A DNA stretch of 64,000 nucleotides from a virus. Each line of letters opens with the position of its first letter. Within the stretch, counting starts at the first letter, position 1. This document shows, in pieces, positions 50,530-59,985 of this stretch. A model generated the notes under the pieces. That model did no database searches and had not been told where the DNA came from. It worked only from the letters and a program-made list of their open reading frames with translations. Where the stretch lies: the IMG/VR virus record IMGVR_UViG_3300047557_001530, positions 32,001-96,000 of that record. One strand, given 5' to 3'. The position numbers and the translations under genes are program-made.

Positions 50530-50597
50530 TTTGGGGCTACCCAAATATCGTCGTCGCACAGGCAAGAGCTGGTCAGAATCAGCACTTGCCTTTTTTT
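50529..50597 (+). ncRNA. Candidate small RNA / terminator element
   Basis: ATAAATA at 50522, two hairpins separated by a single-stranded linker, terminal T run, no ORF. Confidence 0.4.
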
Positions 50598-50614
50598 CTT
50601 TGGTGTGGTATAAT
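50586..50614 (+). promoter_or_regulatory. Sigma70-type promoter for the DNA polymerase operon
   Basis: TTGCCT, 17 nt, TATAAT with an extended -10 TGn. Confidence 0.7.
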
Positions 50615-50637
50615 GTCAGCACCCTAACGTCTATTAA

Positions 50638-50964
50638 ATGGATAACACAGTAATAGTAGTTTTAAAAAATGGCACTCAAGTTATTTGCAATCTAAAGGAA
50701 GTTTTTGAAGGTGAAGATGAAAGCAGAAAAGGATTGTGCTTGTTGATGATTCATCCTTATACTTTAGAACTTGTTCAGACATATGATCAACAAAATAGTT
50801 CTGGAAATGTTCAAGTTAGATTTGATAAGTGGTGTCCATATAGCCCAGATACTGAATTTAAAATTCCTTATGATGCTGTAATGGCTATAGGTTCGTGCGA
50901 TCCTACTTTAGTGGATGCATATAATTCTAAAATTTCTACATTAACAAAACAAGATCATGAATGA
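50638..50964 (+). CDS. Conserved hypothetical protein (Sm-like)
   Basis: 108 aa, IVVLKNGTQVI...KWCPYS; lies upstream of gp43. Confidence 0.7.
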   Translation: MDNTVIVVLKNGTQVICNLKEVFEGEDESRKGLCLLMIHPYTLELVQTYDQQNSSGNVQVRFDKWCPYSPDTEFKIPYDAVMAIGSCDPTLVDAYNSKISTLTKQDHE

Positions 50965-51247
50965 AACAATTAAATTAATCCGATTTGATGGAGTATGGAT
51001 CGTTTCAGAAGTTGAAGAAATTCCTGATGTGGAGTTTGGAGACCCAGACTGTGTGCTAAAATACCCGTATGAAGTGGAAGGGAAATGCTTGGGTCCCTTC
51101 CCGCCACACTCTAGAGAACGTGAGTTCATCGTGAGATCGTCTGAAATCAGTTTAATTACTGAACCTACAGACTTTTTATATAATCTATATCGTGCTTCTG
51201 TCGATATGGAAACCCATGTACCTCCTGCTGAAGAATCTGAAGAATGA
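50957..51247 (+). CDS. Conserved hypothetical protein
   Basis: 96 aa (GDPDCVLKYPY), coupled to gp43. Confidence 0.7.
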   Translation: MNETIKLIRFDGVWIVSEVEEIPDVEFGDPDCVLKYPYEVEGKCLGPFPPHSREREFIVRSSEISLITEPTDFLYNLYRASVDMETHVPPAEESEE

Positions 51248-53739
51248 AATTTTACACCAGTGTTGAACAATCAGGAAATAATATTCTTGTACGTGGTTAT
51301 GATCATGGTAAAAGATTTCAAGACAAAGTGCAATTTGATCCAACACTGTTCCTTCCTTCTGCCAAAAAAGAAGAGTGGAAAACTCTTGACGGAAAGAATG
51401 TTCGCCCCGTGAAACAGGGCAGCATCCGTGATGCAAAGCAGTTTATTGAAGACCATAAAGATATTGATGACTTCAAGATCTATGGTCAGACTCGTTTTTT
51501 AAATCAGTATATTTTTCAAGAATATCCTGATGAAGAAATGAAATACGACACCAGCAAGATCCGTGTATTCACTTTGGACATTGAGACTGGTGCCGAGAAT
51601 GGATTCCCTGATATTGAATCTGCTGACCAAGAGATTCTTTTGATCAGCATTAAAGACAGTGAAATGAAAAAGATTACTGTCTTTGGTTCTCGTCCTTATG
51701 ATAATGATGACAAAGAAGTTAACTATCTTCACTTTGAAACTGAAATTGGTTTGCTTAAAGGATTCCTTCACTGGTGGATGGAAAACTATCCTGATGTAAT
51801 TACTGGATGGAACATTCAGTTGTTTGACATCCCATACATCTATCGTAGGATTGAACGTATGGTTGGCGAAGCTGAAGCTCGTCTTCTCTCGCCATGGAAA
51901 AACACAATGGCTCGTGAGATTTTTATCAAAGGTCGTAAGAACTTTGCTTATGATTTAATGGGCATTGCCACGTTGGATTATCTTGAACTATACAAAAAAT
52001 TTACTTATACTAATCAAGAGTCGTATCGCCTGGACCACATTGCTTTCGTGGAGCTGGATGAAAAGAAACTTGATCACTCTGAGTTTGATACTTTCAAAGA
52101 GTTCTATACAAAAGATTGGGACAAGTTTGTAAAATACAACATTCATGACGTTCGCCTGGTAGATCGTCTTGATGATAAAATGAAACTACTTGAACTGGCA
52201 TTCACTATGGCATACGATGCTAAGGTGAATTTTGAGGATGTGTATTCTCAAGTTCGTATGTGGGACAACATCATTTACGTGTACTTGGCTAGACAAAAAA
52301 TTACCATACCACCAAAGAAAGAAAGCAGTAAAGATAATAAGTATGCTGGGGCTTATGTAAAAGAGCCAGTCCCAGGAATGTATGATTGGGTTGTTAACTT
52401 CGACTTGAATAGTCTGTATCCACATCTTATCATGCAGTACAATCTTTCCCCAGAAACTCTTTTGGGCGAAAGACATCCACAGGCTAATGTAGATAGATTG
52501 TTAAAACAGGAGATTGATCTAAGTGACTTGTCTGGAAAAACTCTCTGTGCTAATGGCACTTTTTATACAACTGAGTATCAAGGATTCCTGCCAAAGCTCA
52601 TGGAAAAGATCTATGAGGAACGTACTATCTACAAAAAGAAAATGCTGGCTGCAAAGCAGGAGTACGAAAATAATCCAACGGTTGAATTGAAGAAAGAGAT
52701 TGCCCGATGCAATAATATTCAGATGGCACGAAAGATTCAACTCAACTCTGCCTATGGTGCTATTGGTAACGAGCACTTCCGTTATTACAAACTTGAAATC
52801 GCTGAGGCAATCACTCTTTCAGGGCAGCTATCTATTCGCTGGATTGAGAAGAAGATGAATGCTTATCTCAATAAAGTTCTAAAGACAAAGGATGTTGATT
52901 ATGTTATTGCTTGCGATACTGATTCTATGTATTTGTGCTTGGACGGCTTGGTTCAAACTGTATACAAGGGGCGAGAGGTTACTAATGAAAAAATTGTTGG
53001 GTTCCTTGATAAGGTCTGTCAGGTGGAACTTGAGCCTTTTATTGAAAGTTCTTACCAAGAATTGGCCCAGTACGTAAATGCTTATGCCCAGATGATGAAG
53101 ATGAAGCGAGAGAACATTGCCAATCGTGGATTCTGGACTGCCAAAAAACGTTATGTTCTTAACGTCTGGGATAGTGAAGGTGTGCGATATGCCAAACCGA
53201 AGATGAAAATCTGTGGTATGGAAACCGCTAGGTCTTCCACTCCAGCATACTTCCGAGACAAATTGTACAAAGCGTACACAATTATTATCAATCAAACTAA
53301 TGATGATATAATTGATTTCATTGAACAGATTAAAGAAGATACTCGGAAACAAAACTATCTTGATATCGCTTTCCCAAGAGGTTGCAATGGATTACAAAAA
53401 TATGGATCTAAAGGATCGATTTATAGAGAGAGGACGCCTATTCAGGTCAGAGGTGCATTATTGTATAATCACTATGTACGGAGTAATAACCTTACTCATA
53501 AGTACCCTCTTATCCAAGAAGGAGAGAAGATCAAGTTTCTCTACCTCAAGATGCCAAACCCCATCCAAGAAAATGTGATCTCATTTTTTAGTACTTTGCC
53601 TGTCGAGTTCAACCTTGACAAGTATGTTGACTATCGAACACAATTTGAAAAGTCATTTTACGAACCGCTGAAAAATGTGCTAGAATGTATTGGATGGAAT
53701 GCTGAGCGAAAGATCTCGCTCATGAGTTTTTTTAGTTAG
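51244..53739 (+). CDS. gp43: Family B DNA polymerase
   Basis: DIET exonuclease motif, [26 protein letters not shown]. Confidence 0.98.
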   Translation: MKFYTSVEQSGNNILVRGYDHGKRFQDKVQFDPTLFLPSAKKEEWKTLDGKNVRPVKQGSIRDAKQFIEDHKDIDDFKIYGQTRFLNQYIFQEYPDEEMKYDTSKIRVFTLDIETGAENGFPDIESADQEILLISIKDSEMKKITVFGSRPYDNDDKEVNYLHFETEIGLLKGFLHWWMENYPDVITGWNIQLFDIPYIYRRIERMVGEAEARLLSPWKNTMAREIFIKGRKNFAYDLMGIATLDYLELYKKFTYTNQESYRLDHIAFVELDEKKLDHSEFDTFKEFYTKDWDKFVKYNIHDVRLVDRLDDKMKLLELAFTMAYDAKVNFEDVYSQVRMWDNIIYVYLARQKITIPPKKESSKDNKYAGAYVKEPVPGMYDWVVNFDLNSLYPHLIMQYNLSPETLLGERHPQANVDRLLKQEIDLSDLSGKTLCANGTFYTTEYQGFLPKLMEKIYEERTIYKKKMLAAKQEYENNPTVELKKEIARCNNIQMARKIQLNSAYGAIGNEHFRYYKLEIAEAITLSGQLSIRWIEKKMNAYLNKVLKTKDVDYVIACDTDSMYLCLDGLVQTVYKGREVTNEKIVGFLDKVCQVELEPFIESSYQELAQYVNAYAQMMKMKRENIANRGFWTAKKRYVLNVWDSEGVRYAKPKMKICGMETARSSTPAYFRDKLYKAYTIIINQTNDDIIDFIEQIKEDTRKQNYLDIAFPRGCNGLQKYGSKGSIYRERTPIQVRGALLYNHYVRSNNLTHKYPLIQEGEKIKFLYLKMPNPIQENVISFFSTLPVEFNLDKYVDYRTQFEKSFYEPLKNVLECIGWNAERKISLMSFFS

Positions 53740-53746
53740 GAGATTT

Positions 53747-54778
53747 ATGGATTTTTTACAACAAGTAATTAAAGATAGCAAAAATGAATTTGCATCACTC
53801 GCTGCTGATGGTATCGCTGCTGGCGATATTGAATCTTTCGTTGATACTGGTAGCTACGTTTTTAACGCCTTGGTTTCTGGATCGTTGTTTGGAGGCATTC
53901 CCTCAAATAAGATCACGGCTATTGCTGGAGAATCGGGAACAGGTAAGACATTCTTTTGCCTTAGTGTCGTTCGCAATTTCCTTAATACCAACCCTGATGC
54001 TGGTGTTATATATTTTGAAACTGAATCTGCTATTAGCAAAAATATGATTGAGAGCAGGGGAATTGATTCCAAACGTATGGTAATTTTTCCCGTAGATACA
54101 ATTGAAGAGTTTCGTACCCAGGCTGTACGTATTATCGATAAATACATGGAACAACCAAAAGAGGAGCGTAAGCCCCTCATGTTTGTTCTTGATTCCCTTG
54201 GGATGCTTGCAACTAACAAAGAAGTCGAGGATGCTTCCAACGACAAGAATGTTCGTGACATGACCAAGGCACAGCTAGTCAAATCAGTGTTTAGAATTCT
54301 TACGCTGAAACTTGGCAAAGCAAACATTCCAATGTTAGTTACTAATCATACCTATGACGTTGTTGGCTCGTATGTTCCTACTAAGGAAATGGGTGGGGGC
54401 AGTGGTCTTAAGTATTCTGCTAGCACAATCATTTATCTCTCAAAGAAAAAAGAAAAAGATGGAACCGATCTCATCGGAAACATTATTAAATGTGAGGCGA
54501 AGAAGTCCCGTCTGACCCGTGAGGGGTCAAAGGTGGAGACTCGTCTATTCTTTGACGAGCGTGGCCTGGAGCGGCACTATGGGTTGCTAGAACTGGGAGA
54601 ACGTGCTAACATATGGAAGAACTCGGCTGGTCGCTATGAAATCAATGGTAAGAAAGTATATGGTAAGGAGATTCTACGAAACCCTGAGCAATACTTCACT
54701 GATGAGGTGATGGCAAAACTTGAGGAACAAGCAGCGATAGAATTTCTTTATGGAGTAAGTAATGACGGAGAAGATTGA
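53747..54778 (+). CDS. uvsX: RecA-like recombinase
   Basis: [28 protein letters not shown]. Confidence 0.96.
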   Translation: MDFLQQVIKDSKNEFASLAADGIAAGDIESFVDTGSYVFNALVSGSLFGGIPSNKITAIAGESGTGKTFFCLSVVRNFLNTNPDAGVIYFETESAISKNMIESRGIDSKRMVIFPVDTIEEFRTQAVRIIDKYMEQPKEERKPLMFVLDSLGMLATNKEVEDASNDKNVRDMTKAQLVKSVFRILTLKLGKANIPMLVTNHTYDVVGSYVPTKEMGGGSGLKYSASTIIYLSKKKEKDGTDLIGNIIKCEAKKSRLTREGSKVETRLFFDERGLERHYGLLELGERANIWKNSAGRYEINGKKVYGKEILRNPEQYFTDEVMAKLEEQAAIEFLYGVSNDGED

Positions 54779-56150
54779 ACAATCTATATTACGTAATCTG
54801 CTTTGTAATGAAGAGTATTACCGAAAGGTAGTGCCCTTCCTCAAAGCAGATTACTTTCAAGAGATTGATGATCGAATTATATTTGAGGAGATTCAAGACT
54901 TCTCTGTAAAGTACGATAAAATTCCAACCAAAGAAGTAGTAATTATCAATCTACAGAATAGAAATGACCTTACTGAAGAAGTTTACAAACAAAGTGTTAC
55001 GAAGATCAACCAGTTCACTACAGAATGGGTTGACAAAGATTGGCTTATTAACTCCACAGAAAAGTGGTGCAAAGACAGGGCCATTTACAACGCCCTACTC
55101 CAGTCAATCAAAATTGCTGACGGGGGAGATCAAAAAATATCAAGAGATGCAATCCCGACCATCCTTCAAGAGGCCCTGGCAGTATCGTTTGATGAATACA
55201 TTGGACACGACTACGTAGACAATGCTGAGCAAAGATATGATTACTATCATAAAGATGAAGCAAAGATTCCTTTTGATCTAGAGAAATTCAATCTCATTAC
55301 TAAAGGTGGTCTCCCCAATAAAACGCTTAACGTTGCTCTTGCTGGAACTGGCGTTGGCAAATCTTTGTTCATGTGTCACGTTGCTGCTGCCTGCCTTTCT
55401 CAAGGCAAGAATGTTTTATACATTACTCTTGAAATGGCAGAAGAAAAGATTGCTGAAAGGATTGACGCTAATCTATTGAATGTGAATATCAAAGATATTG
55501 GTTCTCTTCCTGAATCTATCTTTACTTCACGAGTCATGGAGATTGGCAGAAGAACACAAGGCAAACTTATCATTAAAGAATATCCAACAGCGTCTGCTCA
55601 TGCAGGACATTTTAAATCACTACTGAGCGATTTGAAATTGAAGAAAGATTTTAGTCCAGATATTATCTTTATTGACTATCTTAACATTTGTGCCTCAGCT
55701 AGATATAAAGGACATATTGTAAACTCTTACACGTATGTTAAAGCAATTGCTGAGGAACTTCGTGGTCTTGCTGTTGAGCACGACGTACCAGTTGTCAGTG
55801 CTACTCAGACTACTCGTTCTGGTTTCGGGAATTCTGACGTTGATCTTACCGACACTTCTGAATCCTTTGGTCTACCTGCTACAGCAGATTTTATGTTTGC
55901 TCTTATTGCTACTGAGGAGCTTGAACAGTCTGGGCGTATCATGGTTAAACAACTTAAAAACCGATACAACGATCCGACTTACTACAAGAGATTCACAGTG
56001 GGTATTGACAGAGCGAAGATGAAGCTGTATAATGTAGATGACTCTGACGGAGACATCACCAATGATGTCGAAGAAGAATCTTTTGAATCTTTTGAAGAAA
56101 CTTCTGTTAGACAAAATCGTTTTGATAAATTTTCTAAATTTGTAATTTAA
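54762..56150 (+). CDS. gp41: Replicative (DnaB-like) helicase
   Basis: [41 protein letters not shown]. Confidence 0.97.
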   Translation: MTEKIEQSILRNLLCNEEYYRKVVPFLKADYFQEIDDRIIFEEIQDFSVKYDKIPTKEVVIINLQNRNDLTEEVYKQSVTKINQFTTEWVDKDWLINSTEKWCKDRAIYNALLQSIKIADGGDQKISRDAIPTILQEALAVSFDEYIGHDYVDNAEQRYDYYHKDEAKIPFDLEKFNLITKGGLPNKTLNVALAGTGVGKSLFMCHVAAACLSQGKNVLYITLEMAEEKIAERIDANLLNVNIKDIGSLPESIFTSRVMEIGRRTQGKLIIKEYPTASAHAGHFKSLLSDLKLKKDFSPDIIFIDYLNICASARYKGHIVNSYTYVKAIAEELRGLAVEHDVPVVSATQTTRSGFGNSDVDLTDTSESFGLPATADFMFALIATEELEQSGRIMVKQLKNRYNDPTYYKRFTVGIDRAKMKLYNVDDSDGDITNDVEEESFESFEETSVRQNRFDKFSKFVI

Positions 56151-56153
56151 CTT

Positions 56154-56564
56154 ATGGCTGATACTATTGTGTTTAAGCGTTACGAGGAATTCGTGGATGC
56201 CGTTACCAGCGATGCTTCTAAAGATTTTTGTTCACTGGCTGATCGCCTTGTTGAGCTTGATTCTAAGGGTGCCAATATTGAACGACTGCTTACTGCTGGC
56301 GTTGGTATTAATGCTGAAGGTGGTGAATTCCTTGAGATCGTTAAGAAGATGGTGTTTCAGGGTAAACCTTGGAACGATGACAATCGGGAGCATCTTATTA
56401 TTGAACTCGGTGATATTATGTGGTATGTTGCTCAAGCAACTCAAGCTCTTGGAGTTTCTTTCAATGAAGTCATTGAACGTAATGTAAAGAAACTTGAAAA
56501 GCGTTATCCTGGCGGTAATTTTGACATCTATTATTCCGAACATCGTGCAGAAGATGATCGCTAA
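56154..56564 (+). CDS. mazG: MazG nucleoside triphosphate pyrophosphohydrolase
   Basis: AEGGEFLEIVKK, ELGDIMWYVAQ, NVKKLEKRYPGG. Confidence 0.93.
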   Translation: MADTIVFKRYEEFVDAVTSDASKDFCSLADRLVELDSKGANIERLLTAGVGINAEGGEFLEIVKKMVFQGKPWNDDNREHLIIELGDIMWYVAQATQALGVSFNEVIERNVKKLEKRYPGGNFDIYYSEHRAEDDR

Positions 56565-56572
56565 ATAACCAA

Positions 56573-56625
56573 GATAGAGTTCAAGTCCCTGTTATATCCT
56601 TGAGGTATATCACACTTGAACCATC
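56573..56625 (+). ncRNA. Structured non-coding element ahead of the tRNAs
   Basis: gttcaagt/acttgaac stem enclosing an inner hairpin; late promoter CTAAATA at 56561. Confidence 0.4.
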
Positions 56626-56627
56626 AT

Positions 56628-56714
56628 GGAGGGTCAAGCCGATAGGTGACGGCAGCTGTCTTGAAAACAGTCGAGGTGTTAAAGCCCTTAGGCGTTCGAT
56701 TCGCCTACCCTCCG
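56628..56714 (+). tRNA. tRNA-Ser(TGA)
   Basis: Acceptor GGAGGGT/ACCCTCC, anticodon arm gctgt-cTTGAaa-acagt, long variable arm, T arm aggcg-TTCGATT-cgcct; no encoded CCA. Confidence 0.9.
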
Positions 56715-56718
56715 CTTC

Positions 56719-56791
56719 GGGGAATTAGCTCAGTTGGTAGAGCATCGCCTTTGCAAGGCGGGTGTCAGGAGTTCAAGTCTCCTATTCTCCA
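56719..56791 (+). tRNA. tRNA-Ala(TGC)
   Basis: GGGGAAT/ATTCTCC with G3:U70, D arm gctcagttggtagagc, anticodon TGC, T arm aggag-TTCAAGT-ctcct. Confidence 0.95.
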
Positions 56792-56819
56792 TAAAAAATA
56801 AATAATAATAAAACCTTAA

Positions 56820-57032
56820 ATGAAAAGTTTTAAACAACTAAGACAAGAAGTAACTCAAGAGTTTTATCTTCAAAAAGAAATTTTTCAAGAAGGTGATTAT
56901 ATTATGAATGTTAATACTGGACAGAAAGGCAAAATTATTCGTCCAGGAGTTAATTATGTAATTGCTGTAACGGAAGATAATCAAATGTTTCGTGCTTGGG
57001 TAAAAGATATTCGTGAAGTAAACGTTTCCTAA
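56820..57032 (+). CDS. Small SH3-like protein with an N-terminus resembling a capsid-targeting sequence
   Basis: 70 aa, MKSFKQLRQE...FQEGDYI...GKIIRPGVNY; late promoter at about 56798. Confidence 0.65.
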   Translation: MKSFKQLRQEVTQEFYLQKEIFQEGDYIMNVNTGQKGKIIRPGVNYVIAVTEDNQMFRAWVKDIREVNVS

Positions 57033-57069
57033 ACATAAATAAATTAAGGAAATCATATATACTTTACAA

Positions 57070-57981
57070 ATGGAACGACAAAGAGCAACGACCCAACTAG
57101 CACATTATGACGATTTTTCTAAAGCATTGATTGAGTCGTCAGTCAGATATCTTGGCGAAGAAGGAATTCCTTCATTGCAAAAGAAAGGTAATGAAGATGA
57201 TTTCTCAAAGAAAGATCCTAAAGCAAAAGCAGCTCCTGCTGACCCAGCAATCAATATTGCTGCTGGCACTGGCACAAAACAATCTCATGGTGCAGAGATT
57301 GAATATACTACAGTTCGTGCCAAGAACGTACAGCGTGAAGAAGTAGAAAAGGAAGACGAGAGTAAAGCTGAAGAAGAAAAAGAAAAGAAGATGAGCAAGA
57401 CTGCCAAGGAAAAGCATGAGAAGGCAGAAGACAAGAAAGAAAAGGAAATGAAGGAAACCTACGAGTTAGAACTGGATGGCAATACTTACATCTTTGAGAA
57501 AAAGATGGATGGTAAGGATGACAATGGTTTCACGTCATGTTGGAAAGGATACAAGAAAGTTGGCACCAAAATGAAGGGTGGCAAAGAAGTTAATAATTGT
57601 GTTAAAGCAGGTTATGAACCAATTGGTGAATTAGTGCTTGATGAAAAAGCCCCCGCTGGGGCTAAGTTTGAAAGAATGGTTAAACATATTAAGAAGAGCT
57701 ATTCTAAAGATGGTTTAACTGATAAAGAAAAGGGTATTGCTTACGCTACTGCATGGAAGCAAAAGAATAAAGAACAGAAAGAAGAGTTTGATTTAACTGA
57801 AAAGAAACTTGATGCAGTAGGAAAGGAAGATAAAGATATTGATAATGATGGTGATCATGATAAGTCAGATAAGTATCTTTTAAATCGTCGTAAAACAGTA
57901 GGTAAAATTCTTGCTGCCAAGAAAAAAGTTAATGAAATGATTGCTTGGGAACAGGAGATTATCGCTGAAAAAAAGAACTGA
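57070..57981 (+). CDS. Charged modular protein, probably capsid-internal
   Basis: 303 aa, K/E-rich. Modules CWKGY...NNCVK, APAGAKFERMVKHIK...AYATAWK and DIDNDGDHDKSD separated by (L/I)xE sites. Confidence 0.65.
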   Translation: MERQRATTQLAHYDDFSKALIESSVRYLGEEGIPSLQKKGNEDDFSKKDPKAKAAPADPAINIAAGTGTKQSHGAEIEYTTVRAKNVQREEVEKEDESKAEEEKEKKMSKTAKEKHEKAEDKKEKEMKETYELELDGNTYIFEKKMDGKDDNGFTSCWKGYKKVGTKMKGGKEVNNCVKAGYEPIGELVLDEKAPAGAKFERMVKHIKKSYSKDGLTDKEKGIAYATAWKQKNKEQKEEFDLTEKKLDAVGKEDKDIDNDGDHDKSDKYLLNRRKTVGKILAAKKKVNEMIAWEQEIIAEKKN

Positions 57982-58007
57982 AGGCATCCACTGTAGAAGT
58001 GATGCCT
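57969..58007 (+). other. Candidate -1 programmed ribosomal frameshift signal
   Basis: In-frame A_AAA_AAG (57969-57975), 6-nt spacer, stem aggcat-c-cact/agtg-atgcct; the -1 frame is open for 51 codons to TAG 58128-58130. Confidence 0.65.
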
Positions 58008-58140
58008 GAAATTCCAAATAGTCCTGAAGACGGAGAAAGCTCTAAGAAGAATAAAAAGTACATCGGTAGAGCAGTAAACACACAGAAAAAAGATAAGCTA
58101 AATATTACGGGGTCCCCTCGATCAATTTAGGAGCAAAATT

Positions 58141-58311
58141 ATGAAAGTATTTTTAGGCGTAGCACAAAAAGTTGTAGAGCATTTCATGGCTAGCCGTGAA
58201 GTCAAGGAGTTTGTTATTCATCTTCTTGAGCGTTATGCTGCAACAACCGACAATGATGTTGATAACATGGTTGTCGTAATGGTTAAGAAGGCTCTTCTTC
58301 GTGAAGAGTGA
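58141..58311 (+). CDS. Small hypothetical protein; not in the ORF track
   Basis: 56 aa MKVFLGVAQK...YAATTDNDVD...LLREE; SD aggag; CTAAATA at 58098. Confidence 0.7.
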   Translation: MKVFLGVAQKVVEHFMASREVKEFVIHLLERYAATTDNDVDNMVVVMVKKALLREE

Positions 58312-58463
58312 TGGAATGTTTCTTAGGAAACATTTTAGCTGACATATTACTTTTACTTTTACTTGCCCTTTCCGAATGGATGGGGCACAATAAAAATATA
58401 AAAGAAAATAGTATCTACGATTGGATACATACTAAACTTAAAAAAATTGTAAGGGGAGACTAA
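58311..58463 (+). CDS. Small membrane protein, possibly holin-like; not in the ORF track
   Basis: 50 aa MECFLGNILADILLFTLLALSEWMG...KLKKIVRGD: hydrophobic N-terminus, basic C-terminus, coupled start. Confidence 0.55.
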   Translation: MECFLGNILADILLLLLLALSEWMGHNKNIKENSIYDWIHTKLKKIVRGD

Positions 58464-58476
58464 CTCCCCTTTTTTT
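58451..58476 (+). terminator. Rho-independent terminator
   Basis: aaggggag-actaa-ctcccctt followed by a T run and then ATAAATA. Confidence 0.85.
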
Positions 58477-58521
58477 ATAAATATGTTTTAGATAATAAAA
58501 GATAATTAAAAGAGGGAACCG

Positions 58522-59622
58522 ATGGCAATTCTCGGAAAATTAGATGCTAAAGCATTGGCTAATAATGTAGGTGTTGTTAATGGCGATGCTACTGTAACAT
58601 TAGCTTCAGGAAGCTTTTTCAACAAAGCAACAGCCAATTACATTGTAGCTGGCGATATTCTTTCACTAAGCGGTGTCCAGTATGTAGTAAAAGCAGTTAC
58701 TTCTGCAACTACTCTTGAATTACATAAAGCTTACGCTGGAAGCACTGCAACCATCACTGCAGCAAATGCTATTAGAAGAACTGCACCAAAGCAAGTTGCT
58801 CAATATGTTGTTGGTGGTGCTGATACAAATACAGGATCTCTTGTATTTTTAGACTCTGCTGAGGCACTATTAAATGAAAATAAAATTAGAGGTTTGACTG
58901 GCCCTGGTTGGTGGGTATATAAAACATATACTGATGCTTCTGGATCAACACGCCATAAGTCAGAGTGTATTGCCCCTCTTTATGTTAGTGCTGCTGTTGC
59001 TGGTGACTTTGCAGATAACCCTGCTGCTGACGTTGCTTCTGCTATTAGCATTTCTGTTCAACCTGCCAACCAATCAACAAGAACTCCTGCTGGTGCGTTC
59101 TTGACTGTAACTAGTGCGGGAACTGCTGCCACAGGAACAGGAACATATACAATTACTAATTCAACTGCTGGGGTAACTGTCACTAATGTTTCTGGTGGTG
59201 CTGCCCCAAGCGGAACATGGTCTGTTGGAGTTTCTAGAGCTGGTGGTGTATATACTGTAACAGTTAATTCTGGTGGTGCTGGATTTGCTGCTACTGACAC
59301 AATTTTAATTCCTGGAAGTGCATTGGGTGGTGTTGATACTACTAATGATCTTACAATTACTGTTGCTACTGTTGCTACCGCTGCAGCTACATTCTCTGTA
59401 ACTGCTTCCGCAACAACTGGTTCACTCATTTATCAGTGGCAGCGTAGAACAAGCAGCACCGCTAAGTGGACTAATGTTTCTGGTGCTACTAGCTCTTCGC
59501 TTGCTCTTACAGCACTCACCACAGCTTCTACTGGTTATCAGTATCGTGTTAAGCTCACATCTTCTGCTGGTGCCGAAGAAGTTCTTTCTAATGCTGCAAC
59601 CTTGACAGTAACTGCTGCATGA
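58522..59622 (+). CDS. Virion surface protein with an Ig-like domain
   Basis: ISVQPANQS...ATFSVTA...YQWQ...YQYRV...SNAATLTV Ig signature; late promoter at 58477. Confidence 0.75.
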   Translation: MAILGKLDAKALANNVGVVNGDATVTLASGSFFNKATANYIVAGDILSLSGVQYVVKAVTSATTLELHKAYAGSTATITAANAIRRTAPKQVAQYVVGGADTNTGSLVFLDSAEALLNENKIRGLTGPGWWVYKTYTDASGSTRHKSECIAPLYVSAAVAGDFADNPAADVASAISISVQPANQSTRTPAGAFLTVTSAGTAATGTGTYTITNSTAGVTVTNVSGGAAPSGTWSVGVSRAGGVYTVTVNSGGAGFAATDTILIPGSALGGVDTTNDLTITVATVATAAATFSVTASATTGSLIYQWQRRTSSTAKWTNVSGATSSSLALTALTTASTGYQYRVKLTSSAGAEEVLSNAATLTVTAA

Positions 59623-59628
59623 TTTTAA

Positions 59629-59985
59629 ATGAAATTTGATGAATTGACCAAAGATAATTGGGTTATCTTTGCTATTAAACATTATGATAATCCTTCTTCA
59701 GTCACATACGAAGATTTTGAAGAGGATCTAAATCGTTTTAAGTATATCAAAAGATTGCTTAAAAGATATGAAATGACAGGTGAATTGAAAACTCATTTAA
59801 TTCTAAACCATATTATTTTAATGTATAATGTTTTTGATGATGCAGCTACTCCTTTATTATTTTTTAAAATTGAAGCTATATACTGGCCTATTTTGAAAGC
59901 ATTTTTGTTATTCCTAAATAGATTACCAGAGTCCCTTAATAAAAATGTTGATCAAGAATGTCTAAAACATTTGAACCTTCTATGA
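59629..59985 (+). CDS. Conserved T4-like hypothetical protein
   Basis: FAIKHYDNP, EDLNRFKYIKRL, LILNHII..YNVF. Confidence 0.75.
   Translation: MKFDELTKDNWVIFAIKHYDNPSSVTYEDFEEDLNRFKYIKRLLKRYEMTGELKTHLILNHIILMYNVFDDAATPLLFFKIEAIYWPILKAFLLFLNRLPESLNKNVDQECLKHLNLL

Larger units (their letters stand above)
4342..58483 (+). promoter_or_regulatory. Dispersed T4-like late promoters (A/C)TAAATA
   Basis: Motif lies in short intergenic gaps or at gene ends just before structural genes, at about 4342, 7640, 11423, 12678, 13054, 16676, 20229, 20470, 23438, 28105, 30807, 32519, 33373, 34579, 36122, 50522, 56561, 58098 and 58477. The cognate sigma factor gp55 is in the window. Confidence 0.75.
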
